From Lama guanicoe (taxonomy: Eukaryota): DNA of 64,000 bases. Position numbers and translations under genes: made by a program. Where the stretch lies: assembly GCA_013239625.1 (NCBI GenBank), contig MU053487.1, forward strand, positions 2,749,058 through 2,813,057. The letters are read 5' to 3'. Positions 12,185 through 23,945 of this stretch are shown here, in pieces (within the stretch, counting starts at the first letter, position 1; every line of letters starts with the position of its first letter). Below the pieces are notes generated by a model. That model did no database searches, was not told where the DNA came from, and saw nothing but the letters and a program-made list of their open reading frames with translations.

Positions 12185-12285
12185 CTGCATTTACTGAGCA
12201 CTCACTGTGTGCCAGACACCGTGCTGAGCACTGGGGAGATGGAGAGCGGTCGTCCTGACCCCTGCCTCCAAGGAGCTCCTGGTTG
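12185..12285 (-). mobile_element. L2 3'-end fragment
   Basis: catttactgagcac..ctgtgtgccagacaccgtgctgagcactgggga..cctgcctccaaggagctc. Confidence 0.6.
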
Positions 12286-12462
12286 CCTGGGGCATCTGTT
12301 CTGAAAGCAGGCAGCCCCATACCTTTACCCCTCCCACCACCAGCACCTGTGCGGACCTCACTTCCCTCTCCAGGCTGGCTGCTCACCACCTGATTCCTCT
12401 CTGCCCACCCTCCCCTCTCCCGCAGGATGGCTGTGGGCCTTTTCCCCGCCTGTGTTACTTAG

Positions 12463-13386
12463 TGTCCTAGTCTGCTCTGGCCATCAGATTAAGGGACCAC
12501 AAACCAGGTGGCTGGAACAACAGAGTTTACTTCTCAGTTTTGGAGGCTGGAAATCTGAGATCGAGGTGTTGGCAAAGCTGGCGTCTCCAGAGTCCTCTCT
12601 CCTGGCTTGAAGATGCCCCCCGTCCTGTGCAATACCGTTGTTTCCCTCGTCCTGGTCTATGTCCGAATCCTTCTTTTTTTTCCTTAAAAGAAAAAAAAGC
12701 TAACTCTATTCAATTTTCACATAACTGTCTTTTGTTTTGAGATTAGTGCTTGCCTTCTCTTTGATTATTAAAATTACCCATTTAAGAATTTTTAATAGGC
12801 TTTTTATGTGAAATAATTTTAGGTTCACAGAAAAGTTGCAAAGATGGTACAGAGAGTTCTAGGGCACCTGTCACCCACTGTCTCCCACTGCTCAGATCTT
12901 ACATGAGTGGAGTGCATTTGTCAAAACGATAAAAACTGACATGGGTATGTGACTGTGTACTAAGCTCTGAACACTGAGATTTCTTTAGTGTTTCCATTAA
13001 TTTCCTCTTCTCATTCCAGGATCCAGTCCAGGGTTCCACACTGCATTAGTGGTCATATTTATTCTTCTCGAATTGGTACATATAGTAAATCAAATTTAGG
13101 TATTTAGAAGGGACTGTTTCAGTACGTGGCAAACTAAAAAGCTTGGCAACCCTATTTTGATCCTCAAAATTTGTTTTGTTAGTATACTGGGTTCTGGAAT
13201 AGAAGGCTTTGATTTCCTCTTCTGATAAGGACACCAGCCATAGTGGTTTAGGGGCCACCATAAAGATCCCATTTTAACTTAATTACCTCTTAATTGTGCT
13301 GTCTCCAAATCTGGTCCCATTCTGAGGTACAAGGGGTTAGGGATTCACCATATGAATTTTGGGAGGACACAATTTAGGCCATAACA
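12463..13386 (-). mobile_element. MLT1B/C-like MaLR solo LTR split by an insert (LTR halves 12463-12672 and 13213-13386)
   Basis: tggaggctggaaatctgagatcgaggtgttggca...; second half cctcttctgataaggacaccag..ttctgaggtac..ggacacaatttaggccataaca. Confidence 0.85.
12790..13056 (-). mobile_element. L1MC-type 3'UTR fragment
   Basis: gaaataattttaggttcacagaaaagttgcaaagatggtacagagagttc...ttccaggatccagtccagg..ccacactgcattag. Confidence 0.75.
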
Positions 13387-16300
13387 CCTTCGTACTGGTT
13401 TAAATCTAACAGATCAGCTCTTTTAGGGCAGGGAGCTCATGACATTTGGCACGGTCACCCTGGGCCATGCCTAATATGGACTAGGACTCCCCAAACCCCT
13501 GCCAAATGGCTGATTAGGTTCTTACCTACGCGGTAACAGGTTCTTACCTGTTGGACAGCGCCCTTCTGCAGTCCGACCTCCCGGTCACTCCGGGGCCCTT
13601 GGGATTGCTGCGGGGGCCTGTGAGAACGCATACACGCGAACGCACGTCCTTCATCAACTTATAGTGAAAGTACAGCTTCTGTCACCTGTGGTTCTGAGAA
13701 ACGTATTAATGTTATAAAGGTTGCTTTCCTACTCAGATTGAGAAGCAAGCTTCTGAATTTCTTAAATGGATTTCCTGGAGCCCACGTGTCCATAGCGTGG
13801 TGATGAGGGTCTGCAAGATCTTTTTAGCACTTTAGAAAGCCCTGCGGGAGGCCCAGAAATTGTCATCCGGATGCCGACAATGTGGGCACCATTGCTTTCC
13901 GCTGAGGTACTAGGGCTGGTGACCCCGGGTTGGTCAGATTTTCTGCATAGCTTCTGATGACACTCAGGGGTCCCCAGGCTTAAGCTGGAGGTGGGGGGTG
14001 GTTACTTGAGGGGGTGAAGAAGCCCAGGGTTTGCAGAGGCCCACGTTTCTAGCGTCTGTGCTCCTCACCCATGCGTGCAAATACAGCCCTTCCAGGGACT
14101 TACTTGTCGGACCCATTAACACTCAGAGGCTTTGGAAGGAACAAAAGGTGCATGAAGTCAGCGACCCCTCCTACTGATTGAGTGCTTCCCGGGTTGAAGT
14201 CAGGATGTCAGCATTTCCTGTGAGCCGCCAGTAATGCTCTCCACCTGTGTGGACGCCTGGGAAAGGCAGCTGTGGCCTGCCCTCAGCTCCTCTGACCACA
14301 GCTGCTCTGCTGGGGGTGGATTCCGCCTGTTCTCAGAGCAGAGAGCCCTGAGGAGGGCCTCCCAACCCCGGGGACACGACGACAGGGGTTCCATGTCCCT
14401 GGCCACCCTCGTTGTGAGAGAATTCCACGTGCTGGGCAGCCCCTCCAGCACTGGGAGGTACAGGTAACCCGAAAGTCCGTCCTGATGCTGAGCCACAGTC
14501 CGCCTCCATGAGGTCACACCCCCGCCTTTTAGTCTTTCCTGAGCAGCCAGAGGCAGCTGTCTGTCCCCCCAACCCCCTACTTCCTGTTTCCTCCAGGGCT
14601 CAGCTTCCCTGGTTCCTTGGGGTCTCCACTTTGCTATTCCATTCGTGGAACAGCCATCCTCTGTTTTTATTCCTTTCTTCCTCTGGGTCTGACCTTTTAG
14701 CTGTCCCTCCACCAAAGGTCAGGGAGAGTAAAGGAGAAGAAATTCAAACCAGCCAGTTTTGCTCCTTCCCAGAAACAGTGTAGGGAGGGTGCCTGCAACA
14801 CGGAGCTTAAACGGGTTGAGAGTTCCTTCCTGTGAGCCAGCCCCTCAGGTGGGTCGATCTAATCCCATCACCCGGCAGCCCAGCGGGCTGGACCCTTTGA
14901 CCACATTGGTAGCACATGTTGGTCTGGTTTACACAGTGTCGTTCATCCGTGGGACTCTCCTGAGTCTGACATTTGTCCCTCTTTCATCCTATACTTTCCT
15001 GGACTTGTCCGTCTTTCCATCTGCTTGGTAAGAAAACTGTTAGCATAGAGCACATGATAGCCTTACCTAATCAATTAATGAGCCAAAAATTTCCATAAAC
15101 TTAGGTGACAAGCAAGGTAGTCCTGGTGAGAAAGGGACATGGATTCAAAGAAGTCTGGTATAATTTTATTAATAGCAGAGCCATAAAGAGCTCCTAAAAG
15201 CTTCTAGGACATTTGGCATCAGGGACCGTCTCATTTCCCGCCATACCTCCATCACCAAGCAGGGGAATTGCTGTTGGCAAACTGCTCAGTAAATGTTCAC
15301 TGGATGTTAGAAGAAACTGGACTTCGTCCAAGATGAACAGGAGTCCGCGATACTCAGCTAGACGTTTCTAATGTTAGCTTCTACCTTGACGTCAATAATC
15401 CATTTCGAGTTGATTTCTGTGTGTTGTCCAAGGGATTGTGGAAGAGATGTGAATAAGAATATTGTTTGATTGTAATTATAAGCAGACAAATACCTGTCAG
15501 ATCAGGTGCCCCGACAGCTTGAAAAGTCATCACCTGAGAGCTTCTACATTTTAGTTTTGCCTTCAGAGAGGGAGGCCAGCAGCTCCCACCTCCTCTACTG
15601 AATTTGGGGTTGTCGTAACCAGATCCTGGGCCGATGCAATGCACTTTCAATCAGCCCTCCTGGGATGCTGTGGTACAGGTGGTGCTCACCGCAGCTTGAG
15701 TGGAGAATCCCACTTCCCCATTCTAGATGTGCCCCTACTTTTTCTGCTCGTCTGTTTTTGAGTGGAAACATGTTTCAATTCTTCCTCATTTCCTCTGTTA
15801 CTTTTATGCTAAAGCGAACATCTTTGGGCACCTGACGATCAGGTTCAGGAGGGTAAATGCTTATCTGCGGCTTTGCCGGGTCAGTGTTCCAGCCACTTAT
15901 GTTCCCTCCGGTGTCGACTTTGGTCACTACTGCTGTCCTCTTACTCCGCCACAGCCAGCGGGAAGTCCTGCCTCTTCTTGTGCAAAAGACACCGGGCTTG
16001 GCTTGGTTTCTCACACCTTTTCTGGCACTTCCTGGTGTTTCTGTCACCTTGCACATCGGCAGCAACGCAGGCTGATCACTTTCATGGAACAGTCTTTGCT
16101 GACACCTAGGCACCTGTTAAAATCACATCGACAAGACAAAGAACATTATCCTTTACAGGAGCATTTCCCACAGTATATTTTTTTTCCCTATAGGATGGAA
16201 ACAGATTTTATGTTCAAGGACAAAACAAAGTTCTGTATTCAAATAAGTTTTGGAGAACGCTGTATTTAACACTGGACGTGTTTCCTTATTGACGGGCATC

Positions 16301-17944
16301 CTAGAATTTTGAAGCCAGTGTACACGAGGGGGATACATTTTCACCTTTTGCATCTTCAGCATTTTCCAGTGTACTTGACCATACTTTTTTCTCCTGAAGT
16401 TGAGGAGATATTGCTACAGTGTAAACGAGTGTTCCCAGAATAATTTGGCTTTCTACTTTCCTGCCCCTTTTCTCCATAATCATTCAGATACTCTTCTTTA
16501 TCTTCATGTTTTAATAATAGAAGAACTTAGTGATATTTGACATCTAGAGATGTTTCTCTAGGTCTTTCTCATCCATAAGACCTATTTAAAGGTATGGCAG
16601 ATCTTCCTGCCCGTCTCCGGGGTCCCACTGTTTACAGACCTCCATCAATCCTGTGGTGACATAATTGTTTTGTTATATTTTTAGTGGCCCCCTACACTGT
16701 GGAGGACTTTCTCAAAGCCCATATCTCACGCTAAATTTAGCAGGACTGTAAGCAGGCTTGATTGATTGCTGGTCTTAATGGGAGAAAATATGGTCCTCTC
16801 TCCCGCTCCCCGTCCTTAAATTATTACTGATTTATGACAAGAGGAAGCAGCCCCTGGATAAGTGGGTGTCTTTTTAAAAATGTGATACATCACCAGGATG
16901 AGTATACCCGCCGCTTCACTGGGACAGGCATCTGCTGTATGTCTGCCACTGCCGGCCAGCAGCTCTGGTGCTTCCACTGAAGGGCCTTGGAGCCCAAAAC
17001 AAAATTCCAGGGCCTGGCTCTCCAGCTACACTCATCCCCACCCGTCCCCACCTAGACTTAATGGGGAGAAAGTGACTAAGAGAAGCCCATGGGATTAACA
17101 GACATTCTAAAACAGCACCCCTAAGGAGGGGTCGAAATGGGTGTTGGAGTTCAAGGCATACGTGAAGTTAAAGGGTTTGACCAAAACAGGCTGGATCTGG
17201 GGCTTCTGGAAACCTGCCTAGTGGTCAGTGGTTCTCTGGCCAGGAGCCAGCGGTGGGTGGGGACCCGGCTGGAGCATGACTTCCATCTCTGCACTCGCTG
17301 GCTGGTGACTGAGACGTTTCCTGCCTCCTGGGCCCCGAGTTTCTGCTCCCGTGGAATGGACGCAGCGTGGGAGGAGACAGTAGTGAGGACTGAGGGAGAT
17401 CATGGAGTGCCCCAGAGTGTCCTTAGCGCACGGCTGGTGCTTCTAGTGGGTTTATTTATTTCCTCTTCCCTGGTTCCCTAGGGAGAGCTTGGGATGGTAC
17501 ATTGGCTGCTGGTTAAAGGTTAGATTGATTAAGACAAGCAGGAACGTGCCTCTTATATCTGGGGTGTGGATGTGGGGTAGGAGTGGAGGTCTGGCAGAGA
17601 AACTGGTCAGACTTCTCTGGTCTCAAGACATGTATAAAACTCTGGGGAGGAGGGCAAGGCCATGGAGGTATTGGCATTTGCTGTATCTTTAAGTGGTTCT
17701 TACAGGTGATGAGGGTCGCGAGAGCTCTCACTGTGTCCCCCGCCCCCAGCATTCCGTTATGGGCATGTACCCCAGGGCAGTGACCCCACTCCCATGGCCA
17801 GTTCTCTCTGTCTTCTATCCTTTCTTGTGCCAGCTCTCTCTGTAGATATATGTATATGATGATTACAAATGGATTATCTACACATGCATAAATATATGAA
17901 TATAGACATATGTATATACCATGTGTACGTATATATAACGTACT

Positions 17945-18082
17945 TTTAATTTTCTATTTTGAAATAGTTTGATAAGAAGTTGCAAAAATGGCATAGAAAG
18001 TGCTCATGTGCCCTTCACCCAATGATAATATGTCTCACATACCTGGAGTACGTAATCAAAATTAGAAAATTGACATTGGTGT
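17945..18082 (-). mobile_element. Old L1M (L1MC/ME-like) 3'-end fragment
   Basis: ttctattttgaaata..agaagttgcaaaaat..cccttcaccca..aatcaaaattagaaaattgacattggt. Confidence 0.65.
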
Positions 18083-18294
18083 GATACCGTACATTCTTTT
18101 CAAGACTAGGAGTCTATTTTTAGCACACTTATTTGAGTCGCCTACTTTAGCTCCACTTTGGTGAGATAAGCACCGGGGACTTTGAGGTGGATTAGCCTCA
18201 GTCCTCGGCGCAGCTTGGTCCCAGAGGAGAGAGACGTGGACCAGATGGGTTCCATGTGTTCATCCCTGGGGCTTATGGTGATCTGGCTTGCTCT

Positions 18295-18441
18295 TTGGAA
18301 TCGACAGTCTCATGAGGTAGTGAGTTTCTCATCACCAGAGATACTCAAGCATGAGCCTTAGGATCCCCGTCCCCAACACCAAGAGGGAGCTTGGACCAGA
18401 TGCTCCCTGAGTGTCTTACTTCTTGAAAATCCTGTGATTCT
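18295..18441 (+). mobile_element. L3/CR1-like 3' end
   Basis: gaggtagtgagtttctcatcaccagag.tactcaagca..ttggaccagatg..ctgtgattct. Confidence 0.55.
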
Positions 18442-18614
18442 CTCAATTGCTTTGGCAGAGTTTGCAGCTAACATGGATAATACTGTGAGTCCAGCGATAA
18501 CTCCACGTTGATGTCATTGATCACCTTCCTGGGCTCTGGTCTAACGTGTTTGTGTGAATGAACGTGTGAATGTCCCAAAGCAGCTGCCTTGATCCCCCAG
18601 AGTCTAATGAAATC

Positions 18615-19020
18615 CTGGTCCTCTGTATAGGAGGCGTTGTTCTAGGCCTCGGAGAACAAAGGTGAATAAGACACTATGAGTACAAGGCAGCATCGAGGTG
18701 GGTAGATGGATCAGAGACACAACTGTGATGCAAAGAAGTAGAAAAATACAGTCAGGTGTGGAGTGCTGAGGGCCTCCGAGGTTAGCTTTGTAAACAGCTA
18801 CAAGGCCAGGAGGGTGCTAGTTTGAGGAGCTGGATCACAGGAGATGGGCTGGAGCTTGTTAGATGGATAAGGAGTTGAGGGGAGAATCCAGGGAAGCAAG
18901 ACATTTCAGGGAGAGGAAAGAGCGTGTGCAGAGGCCCTGGGACGTGGCATTTGCATGCATGAGAGAGGCTGAGAAACCTTGATGTGATAGATTATGGGCT
19001 CCAGGGGGCAAAGTGGTGGC
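18615..19020 (-). mobile_element. L2 fragment
   Basis: ttgttctaggc..aaggtgaataagac..catttcagggagaggaaagagcgtgtgcagaggccctgg. Confidence 0.6.
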
Positions 19021-20816
19021 CAAACATGAGGCTAGATGTGGCCTCCAACTTATGCTGATGACAAAATGTTAGTCCTCCAGCTTTGAGAATGTGTGTCATT
19101 GAGTAGCGCCAGTGAGAAGTTTTAAACTATCTGAGGGTTGTGCAATTGTGAGAAACCAGCTCCCCCCACGTGGGGTTGGTCAGTGATTTTGCTGTGTCCC
19201 AAGGCAGCTGCCTTGATCCCCCAGAGTCTTAGCATTTCTTCCCTGGGCTTGGCCACTCTTGACCTTGGCTGACTGCCTGCTCAAGGATACAGCAAATACC
19301 CACGGGATGCACCTCCCAAGTGCTTGGCTGCTTTTCCTGGACAGCTCTGGGGCCCTGTGGGCTCTTCTGGCTGTTGCTATTCTTACATCTTGAGTGTCCA
19401 AAAGATTCTCAAACCAGATCTCTGCTGGGTGGGACCCTCTGGGACAGGAGTGGGAGAAAGATGCAGCCGTGAAGTGCAACAAGCAGTTTAGGGAGCAGAT
19501 TGTTTTGCAGGTTTCTTCGGAACCACACAGAGACTCTGTGTTTCTCAAAGTGGAGAGGTCTGGGTTCCTTCTGGCTAGCTGTCACCCTTTGGTATCATCT
19601 GTCAGACTCATTTGGGATATTTCATTGTAAGTCCAGTCAAGGAAAATAGGAGGTTCCCAGAGGAGGAGGATCTACCTCTGTAGTTGACCTGGGTGAGGTC
19701 CACTAGGAACATCTGCACCTTTTCCCCAAGTCAAACTTTGACCTTTGAGAGCTTCCTTTGGATTTTGAAAATAAACGTTCTTATTTTAGTTCTTGCTCTT
19801 TTTAATTGCAAAAGGGAAATAAGAATGGAATGGGATAACTGCGGAGAGCAGAGAGATGAGAAGAGATTAGGAAAAATATCCCTGAAGTAGTGCTGAGTGA
19901 GAATCCAGTTATGAGCACCCACCGATGGGAGGTGGACAGAAACAGAAAGCTCTAATTCATCATTCAGATAAGGGCTCAGATGTTTGTACTGCGTGCTAAG
20001 AACGTATGTGGCAGAAGTGGGCTTTGTGTAGTAGACCCACCATTCTCCAGTTTCCTAAGAAACTGGGGTTCTCCTGGCCCGAAACATATGACCCACGTTA
20101 ACTGAGAAGGAAATGTAAATTTGGAGGGGGGTGATAGTTTTTTTTAAGTTTTTATTTTATGTAGAAAGTAAAAGTTTTTCCCTTAACCTAAAAGTTTAGC
20201 CACACTGTAGACAGCAATCACTTCATCAGACTTGATTTATAAATAATGACCTGTCAGTTTGATGGTAAGAATTGACTGAACCTTGGTCAAACAAGTGAAC
20301 TATTCAGGTAGACGTGTTCATTTAAAACAGAAGAGCAAGTCCAGTGGCTGGACCCTGGAGGGCTAGTTGATGGGCAGTATCTCATCCGAGGCACGTGCTG
20401 AGGGCAGAAGGGGGTGCACCAAGGTACTGAGTGTGCAGAGAGGCTGCTCCCTGCTGGGGGGGTCCACTCAGGGCAGGGCAGCCAAGGGGAGGTGCCTATC
20501 ACAGCCTGAGTTGTCTGAGAGGTTAAGGGAGCACGCAGGATCTGAGTGGGGTTCTCACGGGACCACATCTGTGTTGCCTGTGGTTTTGGTTTGATGAATG
20601 ACATGATGATTGATCAAGATGACTGGAGAAGAAAGCTGAGTCCATCCCATCAGCCCTCCCAGCAAACTTAAAGGGGCCCCACCCCTGGGTGTGAGCTGAT
20701 TCAGTTGGCTGGGAGCACTGTGTAGACGTGAGCCCGAGAAAGGGCTGGGACTTAGACAAGATGAACTAGACCCCTCGTGTGGTCCTGTAATTCACGCCTG
20801 TGGCTCTCATTTGGGA

Positions 20817-20994
20817 CAGGTGGTTCTAGATTTTGGCAGGTATCCGAATCACTTGGAGGACTTGTTAAAATACAGATTGCTGGGCCCCATCCCTAGGTTT
20901 AGCGGGTCTGGAGTGGAGCCAGGAAGGTGCATTTCTAACCACTTCCTGGAGATGTTGATGCCACTGGTCCTGGGACCACAATCTCAGATCCACT
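20817..20994. mobile_element. MER5A DNA transposon, near full length
   Basis: caggtggttct..aatcacttggaggacttgttaaaatacagattgctgggcccca..tgcatttctaac..gggaccaca..ccactg. Confidence 0.85.
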
Positions 20995-21193
20995 GATCTT
21001 GACTGCAAAGGAGGTCCAGATCCTGGAGAAGGGACTGGCTTTCTACTTAGTAGAGCCTAGGCAGCCAAGCAGATACCTGGGCTGGAAGGTTACAATGGAG
21101 CGTCCTGTCCCAGTCACGGCTCACCAGCTGAGGACCCGTCCTTCTTTATTCCATTCTGTCCTTCAGTCTCAGAAATTCAAACGGGTGGCTTTT

Positions 21194-21350
21194 TTATTTT
21201 TTAAGATTTTTTATTGAGACATAATCATTTTACAATGTTGTTGAGACATAATCATTTTACAATGTTGTGTCAAATTCCAGTGTAGAGCACAATTTTTCAG
21301 TTATACATGAACATACATATATTCATTGTCACATTTTTTTCTCGGTCTGC

Positions 21351-21388
<38 letters not shown>

Positions 21389-22163
21389 GTCTATCTATAT
21401 CTTGTATATATTTCCTTGTTCTATACAGTATAATCTTGTTTATCTATTCTACATTTTGAAATCCCAGTCTATCCCTTGCCACCCCTCGCCCCCTTGGCAG
21501 CCACAAGTTTGTAGTCTATGTCTATGAGTCTGTTTCTGTTTTGTATTTATGTTTTGTTTTGTTTTAGATTCCACATATGAGCGATCTCATATGGTATTTT
21601 TCTTTCTCTTTCTGGCTTACTTCACTTAGAATGACATTCTCCAGGAGCATCCATGTTGCTGCAAATGGCGTTATGTTGTTGGTTTTTATGGCTGAGTAGT
21701 ATTCCATTGTATAAATGTACCACATCTTCTTTATCCAGTCATCTGTTGATGGACATTTAGGCTGCTTCCGTGTCTTGGCTATTGTAAATAGTGCTGTTAT
21801 GAACACTGGGGTGCAGGTGTCATTTTGAAGTAGGGTTCCTTCTGGATATGTGCCCAGGAGCGGGATTGCTGGGTCATATGGTAAGTCTATTCCTAGTCTT
21901 TTGAGGAATCTCCATACTGTTTTCCACAGTGGCTGCACCAAACTGCATTCCCACTAGCAGTGTAGGAGGGTTCCCTTTTCTCCACAGCCTCTCCAGCATT
22001 TGTCATTTGTGGATTTTTGAATGATGGCCATTCTGAGTGGTGTGAGGTGATACCTCATTATAGTTTTGATTTGCATTTTTCTGATAATTAGTGATAGTGA
22101 ACATTTTATCATGTGCCTATTGATCATTCGTATTTCTTCCTTGAAGAATTGCTTGTTTAGGCC
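21194..22163 (-). mobile_element. Young 5'-truncated LINE-1 (probably camelid lineage): ORF2 C-terminus plus 3'UTR
   Basis: ORF 21564..21941(-) [40 protein letters not shown] is the L1 ORF2 C-terminus; T-rich tail at left; 17-bp TSD tcaaacgggtggctttt (21177-21193) / tcagatgggtggctttt (22164-22180). Confidence 0.95.
21351..21398. repeat. Tetranucleotide STR (CTAT)9 CTGT (CTAT)2 inside the L1 3'UTR
   Basis: Counted directly. Confidence 0.95.
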
Positions 22164-22607
22164 TCAGATGGGTGGCTTTTGACACGGCATATTTAGTTAA
22201 AGAAAGAAGGGAACCAAATTGCCTCCCACATGGGGTCTGGGCCTGAGGGATTCCTGGGGTTTTAGAAATTATTTGATTAGCCTGTTGAGTTCTGTCTCAG
22301 AATTTCACTGGGATCTGAGCCACGCTGATGTGGCTCATTAACGTTCATCTGGACACTGCTGGGTCCTGGTGTGTGAACACGTCCAGGGCCTCTGAGTATG
22401 TGAACGTGTACTCAGGCACCGAGTCAGCTGGAGACAGAACAGATGTTCTGGTGAAAGTCCTTTTTATCCTTCCCTTGTGTTTCTCCAAGGGAGCTTGAGT
22501 GGCAGAAAATTATTAGGAGCGTTTTGTAAGTTCCCAGTAATCAAATGGGAAACGTACTGATGTGAGTTCACGTTTTATCCTCAAGAAGACTGCCTTGGAG
22601 AAACCTT

Positions 22608-22845
22608 ACAGCGTGGCGGTTAAAGGCAGGGCCCTGCTTCTGAATCCCTGGCGTTGGAATTCTGGTTTCGCCACGTCATCTCTGTGTGATGTGACCTCCC
22701 TGCGCCTCTGTTTCCTCGCCTATAGATTGGGATAATCCTAGAACCGATTTAACAGGCTTGCTAAAAGGACGCCATGAGGTAATAGGTGTCATGCCATTGG
22801 AATTGCACTTGTAGGAAGAAGTCAGCACAGCTTAGTTACTATTAC
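22608..22845 (+). mobile_element. MIR SINE
   Basis: acagcgtggcggttaaagg..ctgcgcctctgtttcctc..ctatagattgggataat..agttactattact. Confidence 0.7.
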
Positions 22846-23214
22846 TGCAGACCTTGAGCCATGCAAAGACCTGTGAAGTGTGCCATTTGTGCACGAACAC
22901 TTTTAGGAACGGAGTGCTTCGTTTTCCTACCTACCCAAGGTGATGCTTTGCAGAGGCTGTCAGTGTGCTAGAGGAGAAAAAATCAGCTGGAGGGAGGGAA
23001 AATGACACAGGTGTAATTTGTGGAGCCTTGTCTGCTTTTCCCTGCTGCTGCTTTCGTCACCATCCCTCATTCTACTTTTTAGTAGACCTTTACATGCACT
23101 GTGGAGTCATGGAATTCGTGTGTCTAAGATGAAGATGTATATGATGTTGAAAGGGCCTCACATCTGATGTTAATGATGCCTCACACGTCACACCTCTCAA
23201 AGGGTCTTTGTCTG

Positions 23215-23360
23215 CTGTGTCTCACTTAGTCCTTACAGTGGTCTTACTAGGTTCTGTTGGCCCCATTTTATAGTTTGTACAATGAAGGCCTCAGAGCAGT
23301 GAGTGGCCCAGGCTCCCTAGAGCGTTAATGACCACGGGGATTTTAACCTCATCTCCTGCT
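23215..23360 (-). mobile_element. MIR SINE fragment
   Basis: tctcacttagtccttaca..ccccattttatag..ggcctcagag..gtggcccagg. Confidence 0.55.
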
Positions 23361-23457
23361 CTGGGACCACCCTCTTCCCGCGTGTGTTAACACCTGGCTG
23401 CCTTGTGACTTGGGGTTCTCATTCAAATCTGTAATGCTGTTCACGGAGGCGTGATCG

Positions 23458-23945
23458 CCCAGTTACTCTTGCCCTGTAACAACCACTCCCAAACCTGGGG
23501 GTGTGAAGGGATTATTTTATTTTGCTCCTGGATTCCGGGGGTCGTTCAGATTGAGCACAGAGGCAGGGCTTGTCAGTGCTCCACGGTGTCTGGGGCCTTA
23601 GCAAGGAGTTGCTGTATCATCCAGGGCACCTTCCCTCACGTATCTGGCCGGCGTCTGGCAGGGGCAGGACCCTCGGGGGGGCTACCTGCACACAGTCTCT
23701 CAAGGTGTGAGGTGGGTTTCCTCGCAGCATGGTGGTGGCGTTCCCAGTGAGAGTCTCAAGAGAGCAGAGTGCAAGCACATGACATTTGCATGAGGAAGCC
23801 TCGAGTCGCAGGGCGTCACTTCTGGTGTTCGAAAAAGTCATGGCTGCCCAAGTTCCAGGGGAAGGCATGTAGACCTGACCTCTTGGTGGGAGGAGCGTCA
23901 AGGTCGCATTATAAAAAAGCAGATGAGTTGGAGGCAGAGAACACA
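23458..23945 (-). mobile_element. MLT1G/H-like MaLR LTR
   Basis: tgtaacaaccactcccaaac..gctccacggtgtctggggcct..tcctcgcagcatggtgg..tagacctgacctcttggtgggaggagcgtcaaggtcgcatt. Confidence 0.75.

Noticed and set aside
21564..21941. 125-aa ORF as a host gene
   Set aside because: It is the LINE-1 ORF2 C-terminus of a truncated copy, with an upstream in-frame stop
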